From positions 1-43,506 of IMG/VR virus record IMGVR_UViG_3300037461_000505: a stretch of DNA of 43,506 nt. The stretch is one strand, 5' to 3'. This DNA is from a virus. Lineage: Duplodnaviria; Caudoviricetes. This document shows, in pieces, positions 36,384 to 43,506 of this stretch. The notes below the pieces were generated by a model. It was not told the DNA's origin and ran no database searches. It was given only the letters and a program-made list of their open reading frames with translations. Both the position numbers and the translations under genes were made by a program. Position 1 is the first letter of the stretch, and each line of letters opens with the position of its first letter.

Positions 36384-38060
36384 ATGACAAGCCTAAAAGA
36401 TATTATAGCAGCCAAGAAACTAGCCTCAGCTCCGCTGCCTTTTCTGCAACCGATAAAAGAAACAAAGGAAGAGGAGAAAATAGAAATAGAAAAAGAAACA
36501 GAAACAAAGCAAAAGGAAAAGACCTTCGCATTAAATATCATCTTGAATGAGAAGCAGCAATTAGCCAAGGAACTAGCTTTTGCAGGAAAGACATTCTGTC
36601 TCACTGGTGCAGCAGGTACAGGAAAGACAACAGCCCAACGTGAGATAGCACGCTCTCTACTTCAGCAGAATAAACTAGGTTTCCATAATTTTCGTATTCA
36701 AGGAAGTGGCGGTGAGAGATGGGAGGGGCCGTCTGTTGCTTTCGTTGCCTACACTCGGATTGCCTCAGGTAATCTTAAGAAAGCAATCCACAAAGACCCA
36801 GAATTAGCGGATATTTTCCTGCATAATGTAACAACAGTGCATAACCTTCTGGAATATGAGCCAGAATTCTATTGGAACTATGAGACAAACAAAGAAAGTA
36901 TGCGCTTTGTTCCAAGAAGAACAGCGGCTAATCCTCTTACTCTCACGCATCTTATCATTGAGGAATCCTCTCAATTAGACCTTGATCTTTGGTCTAAACT
37001 TTATGCTGCACTTCCAAGAGGAACCCAGATTATTTTTTTGGGTGATATTAACCAGCTCCAGCCAGTATTCGGTGCTTCTATCTTAAACTATGGCCTGACT
37101 CAGCTTCCTGTTGTAGAACTCACAGAAGTCTATAGGCAGAAAGAAACCTCTACTATCCTTGAGAACGCTCATAATATCCTCAATGGAAGGAAACTAAAAG
37201 AAGCAGATGATTTCAAGATTGTAAGAGGCGGAGATAAGCAATTCTCACAAGAAAAGCTCTCAACCTCTCTAGCACTCACTCTTAATAAGTGGTTCGAGAT
37301 GGGAGAATATGATCCAGAACAGGACATAGTTCTTAGTCCCTTCAATAAGCAAGCACTAGGGACAGATAATATGAACCGCTGGATATCTCAATACCTGGGA
37401 CAGAAAAGAGAAGCTGTTGTATATCATGTGGTAGCAGGAATTCAACAGCTTTATCTTGCTGTAGGGGATAAGGTATTCTACAATAAGAGAGTGGGAATTA
37501 TTAAAAGTATAAATATGAATGGGGATTATCAAGGGAAAGCTCCACTCCTGCACTCTAAAGATTTGACACGCTTCGGAAACTATATAAGCAATGGAAATAA
37601 AGAGGAAGAGGAAACAGAAGAATTCAATCTAGCAGGCTATGAGAATATAGACCTAGAAAAGATGATGGAGGAAAATAGCAAGGAGGAGCTAGTAAGACAA
37701 GCCAGTCATATAGTAACTCTCAGTATGGAGGATGACGAAGAGGAAACTCTCAGCGCAGTAGGAGACTTTAATACCCAGAAGTTCTCACTTGGCTATTGCT
37801 TAACAGTACATAAAGCACAAGGCTGTGAGTGGAGACATGTCTATATTATCCTTCATAAAGACCATAGCATCATGGCCTACAGGGAGCTTCTCTATACAGC
37901 CGTAACAAGAGCAAGTGAAAAGGTAGTTCTAATTGCCAAAGATTTCATGCTAGAGAAAGCGATAAGTACGCAAAGAATCAAAGGGAATACTCTAAAGGAT
38001 AAGATAGAATACTTTAATGCGAAGATAGCACTTGATAGTGATGTTAGGTGCTATAAATAA
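36384..38060 (+). CDS. SF1B DNA helicase (RecD2/Dda-like)
   Basis: TGAAGTGKT, IIEESS (motif II variant), GDINQL, LTEVYRQ, YCLTVHKAQGCEW, ELLYTAVTRA. Confidence 0.92.
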   Translation: MTSLKDIIAAKKLASAPLPFLQPIKETKEEEKIEIEKETETKQKEKTFALNIILNEKQQLAKELAFAGKTFCLTGAAGTGKTTAQREIARSLLQQNKLGFHNFRIQGSGGERWEGPSVAFVAYTRIASGNLKKAIHKDPELADIFLHNVTTVHNLLEYEPEFYWNYETNKESMRFVPRRTAANPLTLTHLIIEESSQLDLDLWSKLYAALPRGTQIIFLGDINQLQPVFGASILNYGLTQLPVVELTEVYRQKETSTILENAHNILNGRKLKEADDFKIVRGGDKQFSQEKLSTSLALTLNKWFEMGEYDPEQDIVLSPFNKQALGTDNMNRWISQYLGQKREAVVYHVVAGIQQLYLAVGDKVFYNKRVGIIKSINMNGDYQGKAPLLHSKDLTRFGNYISNGNKEEEETEEFNLAGYENIDLEKMMEENSKEELVRQASHIVTLSMEDDEEETLSAVGDFNTQKFSLGYCLTVHKAQGCEWRHVYIILHKDHSIMAYRELLYTAVTRASEKVVLIAKDFMLEKAISTQRIKGNTLKDKIEYFNAKIALDSDVRCYK

Positions 38061-38069
38061 TATAAAGAA

Positions 38070-38099
38070 AGGCCGAAGGCCATGTCAAACAACCGCTTT
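38070..38099 (+). repeat. dispersed motif copy 2: AAGGCCGAAGGCC-N10-ACCGCTTT
   Basis: Matches the minus-strand copy at 32090-32123. Confidence 0.75.
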
Positions 38100-38121
38100 C
38101 TTATAAAAGAAAGAACTAAAA

Positions 38122-38274
38122 ATGCGTTATGTTAAAATACAATTCTTCATAAAAGGAGAGAATATTAGGACAATTGACCTATTCGAGCATCCAAGTGATT
38201 TCAGATTAGGTGTTGTACTTAATGCTATCCTACACTTTTTCTTTATCTACGATCAGAATGGAGACAAGAAATGA
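38122..38274 (+). CDS. small hypothetical protein (50 aa, not in the ORF track)
   Basis: MRYVKIQFFIKGENIRTIDLFEHPSDFRLG... fills the gap and ends in an ATGA overlap with 38271. Confidence 0.55.
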   Translation: MRYVKIQFFIKGENIRTIDLFEHPSDFRLGVVLNAILHFFFIYDQNGDKK

Positions 38275-38468
38275 AAACCATGGCAGAAAGAATCGCTGAG
38301 AGTAGGAAATATCTCAATGAATTCAAGGCTAGGACCTCCCTTTCTTTACACGAACTTGGAGATATAGAAGATGAATTTTCAGATGAGGATGATGGTTTTA
38401 ATTATATGATAGAGGGAATCTCAAATATTCCAGATATAGACAAGGAAGGAGAGGATGATGAAGACTAG
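38271..38468 (+). CDS. small acidic hypothetical protein
   Basis: RBS GGAG, very Asp/Glu-rich C-terminal half. Confidence 0.65.
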   Translation: MKTMAERIAESRKYLNEFKARTSLSLHELGDIEDEFSDEDDGFNYMIEGISNIPDIDKEGEDDED

Positions 38469-38781
38469 AATGGAAAGCTCTAAAGAGTTCAAACTCATAG
38501 GGAAGTGGAGCGATGAACAGCAGAACTATGGAAAGAATGGAGAATCAGTAGCTGTTTTTGATATAGAAGAAGCTATAGACAGGATAGAAAAAAACACTCC
38601 AGGAACTATAGAATTAGAATACGAACTAAGCACAGCTCTTACGGAGTTGATAGAGACAGACATAGAGCCTAGAGGATTAGGAGAGATAAAGAAAAGCGTA
38701 GCCTGTATTAGTATATGCTTTGTATATTCTAGGGCCATTGTATATTGCCGCTCTAAGTTACACTTCAAAGAATTCAACTAA
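38455..38781 (+). CDS. hypothetical protein
   Basis: RBS GGAGAGG, overlaps the upstream gene. Confidence 0.65.
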   Translation: MMKTRMESSKEFKLIGKWSDEQQNYGKNGESVAVFDIEEAIDRIEKNTPGTIELEYELSTALTELIETDIEPRGLGEIKKSVACISICFVYSRAIVYCRSKLHFKEFN

Positions 38782-38803
38782 AGAAAGAGGGAGAGGAAAG
38801 AGA

Positions 38804-39091
38804 ATGAAAGTACGCTTTGAAACTACAACTCAGACAGCCCCAAATAAGAAAGAAAGAATGGTCTGTCTCGATATCTCAGAAAATATAAAAAGCATAACCT
38901 TTGAGTATCCTCTCATATATACAAGAAGTATAGAAGAGAAAATAAAGAATGCAATCTACAGCAGGTATCGTCTGCAGCATTGTATTTGCAGAGAAGAGAA
39001 GTGTGGATGTTGGAGTTCTAAGGTAACAATGGTAGCAATAGATATGGCAAATGAGAATGCAATAGCACACATTGAACTTACACAACGCTAA
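38804..39091 (+). CDS. hypothetical protein with a Cys cluster
   Basis: ORF 38720..39091, probable start at MKVRF after GAGG. HCICREEKCGC motif. Confidence 0.6.
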   Translation: MKVRFETTTQTAPNKKERMVCLDISENIKSITFEYPLIYTRSIEEKIKNAIYSRYRLQHCICREEKCGCWSSKVTMVAIDMANENAIAHIELTQR

Positions 39092-39114
39092 GATAAGAAA
39101 AAGGAGAAAGAGAG

Positions 39115-39426
39115 ATGAATAAATATCAAAGCTTTATACGGAAAGTAGAAGAACAATATAAGAAAGATACTGTGAAATACTTTGGAGCATACTTGTGCCA
39201 GAGTGCATACAACGTATATAAAAAGCACAGAGAATTTGATTGGGAGTTGATAAGATTTCAAGGAGAAATATATAATTATACAGCAAAAGATGATTCGCTC
39301 TCTTGTTATCTACATAGAATAATGGATTATAGAGTCTTTCTTGACTCTTATGATATAATGGAATACAAACTTCTTATTCTGCACAGAATGTACCAAGACG
39401 CAGAATATGATTATTGGAGTGAATAG
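39115..39426 (+). CDS. hypothetical protein
   Basis: RBS AAGGAG, Tyr-rich. Confidence 0.65.
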   Translation: MNKYQSFIRKVEEQYKKDTVKYFGAYLCQSAYNVYKKHREFDWELIRFQGEIYNYTAKDDSLSCYLHRIMDYRVFLDSYDIMEYKLLILHRMYQDAEYDYWSE

Positions 39427-39428
39427 AG

Positions 39429-39839
39429 ATGAGCATAGCAGAACTCTTAGCTAATAAAAGGAAAGCCTTAAAGCCAATAGTAACGGAGGAAATAGAGGAG
39501 GAAGGAGAGGAGATAGAAATTAGACCTCTGAAAGTTCTCAATTATGACGAGATAGACAAGAAGCTTTTCCTTGCAATATACGCTCCATACATACGAGACC
39601 CCTATAAATTCGACTGGTTTGTTTTCATAAAGTATAGGGACTTTCTATTCCCAGATGGGGCTTATGTTCTTAATACCTTCCCTCTCTTGAATATAGATGG
39701 ATTATTAGAGGTGTATCTACGATATAAGGAACCTAAAACTTTATGGGAATACACTCAGCTAACTCATATATTAAACCACATGCATTTGAATATCCCGAAG
39801 GAGTATGAAGGGGATATATATGATCTGATTGTTTCTTAG
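39429..39839 (+). CDS. hypothetical protein
   Basis: RBS GGAG. N-terminus resembles the helicase N-terminus. Confidence 0.7.
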   Translation: MSIAELLANKRKALKPIVTEEIEEEGEEIEIRPLKVLNYDEIDKKLFLAIYAPYIRDPYKFDWFVFIKYRDFLFPDGAYVLNTFPLLNIDGLLEVYLRYKEPKTLWEYTQLTHILNHMHLNIPKEYEGDIYDLIVS

Positions 39840-39853
39840 CTGGAAATTTCCCC

Positions 39854-39882
39854 TTGACACCAAAAATCCGGGATGCTAAAAT
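39854..39882 (+). promoter_or_regulatory. strong sigma70-type promoter for the recombination/replication genes
   Basis: TTGACA-17 bp-TAAAAT with extended -10 TG, in an intergenic gap. Confidence 0.85.
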
Positions 39883-39926
39883 GTACAGAACTCAAAAATC
39901 ACAACCTACTACAAAGGAACTAAGAC

Positions 39927-40238
39927 ATGACTGATAACAGCAGCACTGAGGAAGAGCTTACTTTCTCAGAAATCTACAGTTCTGTGCTTCTTAATGGAGA
40001 AGTAGTTATTACTATCCCCAAGGAAGAAGTGGAGAGAGTGAAGACTGGTCTTAAAAACACTAAGGCTAAACAATCTCTTAAAATGAAAGAAGACGGACTT
40101 ATCCCAGATAGTAGTGTCTTCACTTTTATTGAGAGGGAGAGTGAGGAAGGGGAGGATTTTATTGACCTCTCCATTCAGCTTAGTAGGAGAAGTGTTGTAA
40201 AGATCAAGAAGTTTCGTATCCCTGATCAGGAACTTTAA
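39927..40238 (+). CDS. hypothetical protein
   Basis: First gene after the promoter, RBS AAGGAA. Confidence 0.75.
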   Translation: MTDNSSTEEELTFSEIYSSVLLNGEVVITIPKEEVERVKTGLKNTKAKQSLKMKEDGLIPDSSVFTFIERESEEGEDFIDLSIQLSRRSVVKIKKFRIPDQEL

Positions 40239-40258
40239 TAGAACCAAAAGGACGCAAA

Positions 40259-40399
40259 ATGTATTCATATGAACCAGGTTACAACTACACATTATCTAGC
40301 CCGGCTTTTTATGTTCTAGACCCAGAAGGAGATGTACTTGCTGTAGTAATGTCTCAGGAAGAAGCGGAAACTCTTGTCTCTCATCTTAATAGAGGATAA
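40259..40399 (+). CDS. small hypothetical protein (46 aa, not in the ORF track)
   Basis: MYSYEPGYNYTLSSPAFYVLDPEGDVLAVVMSQEEAETLVSHLNRG, RBS AAGGA. Confidence 0.65.
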   Translation: MYSYEPGYNYTLSSPAFYVLDPEGDVLAVVMSQEEAETLVSHLNRG

Positions 40400-40405
40400 T
40401 AAGAA

Positions 40406-40585
40406 ATGCCTAACTTATCAATAGAGCAACTTCATATTATCTGCCGAGCAGTGTGGGATATTTCAGGAGAGGGAGATAATGGAGAATATTGCACTTCCAC
40501 GGATGAAGAAACAGACGCAGTAATAATGGTAATTATTTTTGAAGAACTTGCTAAAATAGAAGAAGGAAAGGGAATAGAGGAATGA
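40406..40585 (+). CDS. small acidic hypothetical protein (59 aa, not in the ORF track)
   Basis: RBS GAGG, ATGA overlap with 40582. Confidence 0.6.
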   Translation: MPNLSIEQLHIICRAVWDISGEGDNGEYCTSTDEETDAVIMVIIFEELAKIEEGKGIEE

Positions 40586-40875
40586 ATAGCGCACAACAAA
40601 CCTACAGTGAAATCTCCACTCGTATTCAGCAGCTTGAGAACCTCTCAACAGAAGACCTAAAGGGAGAGATGCAAGCCCTCAAGAAGGCTCTCATGGAAAA
40701 CACAGAAGCCTGTCTCTTGATGAAGCCGGAAGATATAGGAGAGCTTGTCAGGCACCTTGTCAAGATTACAGGAGTAGCAATTGCATCCTCTTCCACGGTT
40801 AAGAAAGAAAGGAAGACAGCGAAGAGATTGACAGCGGAAGAATTAGCAGACGCACTTAATAGTGATGAATTCTGA
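40582..40875 (+). CDS. hypothetical helical protein
   Basis: RBS GAGG, ends in NSDEF. Confidence 0.75.
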   Translation: MNSAQQTYSEISTRIQQLENLSTEDLKGEMQALKKALMENTEACLLMKPEDIGELVRHLVKITGVAIASSSTVKKERKTAKRLTAEELADALNSDEF

Positions 40876-41161
40876 GCAAAAAGAAAGAGGAAAGAAGATG
40901 CTATCATTAGTATATTCTGAAGAAGAGTTCAAAGTAATGCTTCCAGTATATAATAAGCTTATGGAGGCAAAGAATATTACAGAAGCAAAAAGATACAGAA
41001 AAACATTAGCTTCATTTATAAACATAATGCAGAACATACACAACCATCCAAATTTGCAAGTAAAGGATTGTGATATACTCCACATCAGTAAAGGTATCAA
41101 ATTAGACGCATACCCTTTTACTTCCTACTATAAGATCATTATTCAGAAAGTAGATAAATAA
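40865..41161 (+). CDS. hypothetical protein
   Basis: ORF overlapping the upstream stop, in operon context. Confidence 0.6.
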   Translation: MNSEQKERGKKMLSLVYSEEEFKVMLPVYNKLMEAKNITEAKRYRKTLASFINIMQNIHNHPNLQVKDCDILHISKGIKLDAYPFTSYYKIIIQKVDK

Positions 41162-41162
41162 C

Positions 41163-41345
41163 ATGGAAATAATAATGAACGAAACAAAAGTAACCAAGCA
41201 AGATCTCAGGCTATTCTTTGATTTTATCATCCCTCCTTCTACTTCTATTAAGAAGGAAGAAGATCAAGACTGGAGAACAATTCTATTCGAGTCAGTACTT
41301 CTTGCTTGGTATAATGAACTAGAGAAAAGACAAGACGCAGAATAA
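41163..41345 (+). CDS. hypothetical protein
   Basis: Fills the gap in the operon. Confidence 0.55.
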   Translation: MEIIMNETKVTKQDLRLFFDFIIPPSTSIKKEEDQDWRTILFESVLLAWYNELEKRQDAE

Positions 41346-41364
41346 AAAGGAAAGGAAAGTAAAG

Positions 41365-42288
41365 ATGATACGCTTAAGTGATAGCGCATTAAACACACTG
41401 CACACATGCGAGAGGAAGTTCCAACTAGAGAGACTTCTTGTTTCAGAGTTCGAGAAGAAAGATTACCCCGCTACAGTCTTAGGAAAAGCTTATGGTGCAG
41501 GATGTCAGAGTTACCTAGCCTACCAAGACAAAGAGAGGGCTATCTTCGATCTCTATATGGCCTACTATCCAGTAGAGGAAGATAATATAAGAACAGAAGA
41601 AGTGGCTATCTCAATGCTTCTAGCCTCCATCTCTACCATGGATAACATCCTCCTAGACTGGGAGGTTCTTGTATATAATGGGAAGCCAGCAATTGAATTA
41701 AGTTTCCGTCTTAATATTGATAGCACTTATTATTTCGTAGGCTACATTGATGTAGTCCTACAAAACAGATGGAATAATAGGTGTGCTGTCCTTGACGTAA
41801 AGAGTACATCTTTAAAGCTCCATGACCTCAGTCCTCTCTACCAGAACAGCGGGCAGCTCCTAGGATATAGTATAGCAATTGATGCCCTAGCTGGAGAGGA
41901 TAAAAGTGAATACGATGTCTTATATTTAGTGGGGCAACTAGGGAGTGGGAATGGCTTCTCCCCAAACATTAAATTCTTAACATTCCCTAAGACCTTACAA
42001 GATCGCCTCAATTGGTTCATCACTCTCACCTTGGATGTAGAGCACCTTAAGAATATGAGAGAAAACAACGTATTCCCGCTTCGAGGTGCTAGCTGCTTGC
42101 AGTATATGAGACCTTGTGTGCATCTGGGAACCTGTAATCTCCACGGTCTGGATGAATATAAAGAGGAAGAGGAAGATACAATTGAGTATGACTTTATCTA
42201 TGATCTAAATGACGTAATTGAGGATCATATAAAGAGGATAACACAGAATGATGGGTATAGCATTGCTGTGCAGGATGATATCTTATAA
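41365..42288 (+). CDS. PD-(D/E)XK exonuclease (Cas4/RecB-like, probable Fe-S cluster)
   Basis: N-terminal LSDSAL...CERK, GYIDVV...VLDVKS, QLLGY, and C-terminal C-x5-C-x5-C (1+3 Cys arrangement). Confidence 0.85.
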   Translation: MIRLSDSALNTLHTCERKFQLERLLVSEFEKKDYPATVLGKAYGAGCQSYLAYQDKERAIFDLYMAYYPVEEDNIRTEEVAISMLLASISTMDNILLDWEVLVYNGKPAIELSFRLNIDSTYYFVGYIDVVLQNRWNNRCAVLDVKSTSLKLHDLSPLYQNSGQLLGYSIAIDALAGEDKSEYDVLYLVGQLGSGNGFSPNIKFLTFPKTLQDRLNWFITLTLDVEHLKNMRENNVFPLRGASCLQYMRPCVHLGTCNLHGLDEYKEEEEDTIEYDFIYDLNDVIEDHIKRITQNDGYSIAVQDDIL

Positions 42289-42307
42289 CCAAGGAGAGGA
42301 AAAAACT

Positions 42308-42685
42308 ATGTATGAACCCCCACGCATAATTCTAGTAGTACCAAAAGAGGGAGAGTCTTTTCAGGATGCTATGAGCAGAGTAAAAGCAGAAGCAATAAAA
42401 GAGGGTATTTCTGCTACTCTTGATGAAAGAGGCCACAGGTATGGAGATTTCCGAGGGCACGCTCTAATAACTCGAAACCTCAAATCTACTATGCAACTCT
42501 CCAAGAATTGGGGCTCTCTTAGCGCAGATAAGAAAGAAGCTCTTGAGATGATAGCCCATAAGATAGGAAGGATTCTAAACGGAGATCCTAACTATAAGGA
42601 TAGCTGGGTAGATATTGAAGGCTATGCTCACTTAATATCACAAACACTCAAGGATCAGAAAAGAAAGAAAGGAGAAAGAGTATGA
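42308..42685 (+). CDS. DUF6378-like protein
   Basis: LDERGHRYGDF...EALEMIAHKIGRILNGDPNYKDSWVDIEGYA. The ORF opens at 42248; the ATG at 42308 has RBS GAGG. Confidence 0.75.
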   Translation: MYEPPRIILVVPKEGESFQDAMSRVKAEAIKEGISATLDERGHRYGDFRGHALITRNLKSTMQLSKNWGSLSADKKEALEMIAHKIGRILNGDPNYKDSWVDIEGYAHLISQTLKDQKRKKGERV

Positions 42686-42963
42686 ATAAACTATTTGATA
42701 CAGAACTTTTCAAACGCAAGGGAACCTTCTTCATTGTTACTGATACTCTAAAAGAGGATGAACTTCCTGCTGTGTTGGAAGCTTTCTCTAAAGTGTTTAT
42801 CTGTAAGTGTAGCTCCGATTTCGTGAATGGTAGGCTCAACTATAGTGGATACTCAGAAGAATTCGAACTAACGCCTGACTTTAGTTTAGCACCAGAATAT
42901 AAACTGATCTTTGAAAACAGAGGGGATTTAGGTATTCACTTCTCTCGTTTTGAAAAAGCTTAA
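42682..42963 (+). CDS. hypothetical protein
   Basis: RBS AAGGAG, ATGA overlap. Confidence 0.7.
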   Translation: MNKLFDTELFKRKGTFFIVTDTLKEDELPAVLEAFSKVFICKCSSDFVNGRLNYSGYSEEFELTPDFSLAPEYKLIFENRGDLGIHFSRFEKA

Positions 42964-42975
42964 AGGAGAAACAGA

Positions 42976-43383
42976 ATGGCAATCTTCCAAGAAGACTACC
43001 TGCGTGGCGTAATATATCAAAAAGAGAAAGCCGCTGTCCGAGCAAGCAATGAACTGGCAGCGCAAAACCAGAGTCTTACTATCTTCTGGAACACAAATGA
43101 TGGAAGGTGTGTTCCTCTCCCTAGTATGGATAGCAATCATATTATAAACACTGTCTCACTTCTATTACGTAGAAAGGAAGCGTTCCAAGAAGTAAAAGAT
43201 TTAGCTAATTCTAAAGGCCTCTCTATCATGGAGCCTAAAGTCCAAGGAAGGACAGTAGATAGTTGGATTACTCTGCTTCTAGAAGAACTTGATAGGAGAG
43301 TGAATGCAGAAGAAGAGAAAGCAATGGAAGCAGTGAAGAAGGCTAAGGAGAATCTTAGGACTATTCGAGACGCCTTGAAGTAA
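42976..43383 (+). CDS. hypothetical protein
   Basis: RBS AAGGAG. WNTNDGR..PL.SMDSNHIINT module, as seen in small phage proteins. Confidence 0.7.
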   Translation: MAIFQEDYLRGVIYQKEKAAVRASNELAAQNQSLTIFWNTNDGRCVPLPSMDSNHIINTVSLLLRRKEAFQEVKDLANSKGLSIMEPKVQGRTVDSWITLLLEELDRRVNAEEEKAMEAVKKAKENLRTIRDALK

Positions 43384-43409
43384 ATACACAGAAAAGAGAG
43401 GAAATAGAG

Positions 43410-43506
43410 ATGCTTATAATCACACAAGTTTTCCAAACAGAAGACGGAATAACCTTTGATACAAAGAACAAAGCACTTATCTATGCAGCTATTCAAGCAT
43501 CAGGAG
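43410..43506 (+). CDS. 5' part of the small hypothetical protein spanning the circular junction
   Basis: RBS GAGG. MLIITQVFQTEDGITFDTKNKA... stays open to the window end and continues in frame at position 1. Confidence 0.75.
   Translation, partial: MLIITQVFQTEDGITFDTKNKALIYAAIQASG

Noticed and set aside
41365-42288. Cas4-like nuclease as evidence of a CRISPR system
   Set aside because: No repeat-spacer array or other cas genes seen. The context is a Sak4/SSB recombination module.
1-43506. Stop-codon reassignment suggested by the many TAG trinucleotides
   Set aside because: Core genes are full length in the standard code, and TAG is used as a stop (for example terS and the 1875-aa gene).

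Overview
The window looks like a complete, circularly permuted 43.5-kb genome of a lytic podovirus-type dsDNA phage. An ORF starting at 43410 runs in frame across the end/start junction and stops at 87-89. Two divergent arms start from a non-coding control region at about 32.75-34.56 kb and converge on a bidirectional terminator at about 7.84-7.87 kb. The + arm (34.5 kb to the end, then 1 to 7.8 kb) holds many small early genes, a degenerate HNH protein, an SF1B (RecD2/Dda-like) helicase, a PD-(D/E)XK exonuclease + Sak4-like ATPase + SSB recombination module, a DUF6378-like protein, a family A DNA polymerase with a degenerate UDG-like N-terminal domain, a DUF3987-like AAA+ helicase, dCTP deaminase and a DEDDh exonuclease. 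The - arm holds terminase, portal, scaffold, major capsid, adaptor, three membrane-anchored proteins, nozzle, three ejection proteins, an LPD23/zincin protein and tail fibre/spike genes. I could not recognise a primase, RNA polymerase, integrase, thymidylate synthase, canonical endolysin, tRNA or CRISPR array. The most interesting signals are: (1) an R-S-ExE ADP-ribosyltransferase domain inserted into the 1875-aa ejection protein, next to an HExxH metallopeptidase; (2) a symmetric origin-like element plus GNA-triloop ssDNA hairpins on opposite strands in a phage with no primase; (3) a structured ~130-nt intergenic RNA candidate; (4) a membrane-anchored Cys/His CHAP-like candidate endolysin; (5) short motifs shared among early proteins. 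All family assignments come from recognising motifs by eye, not from database searches.
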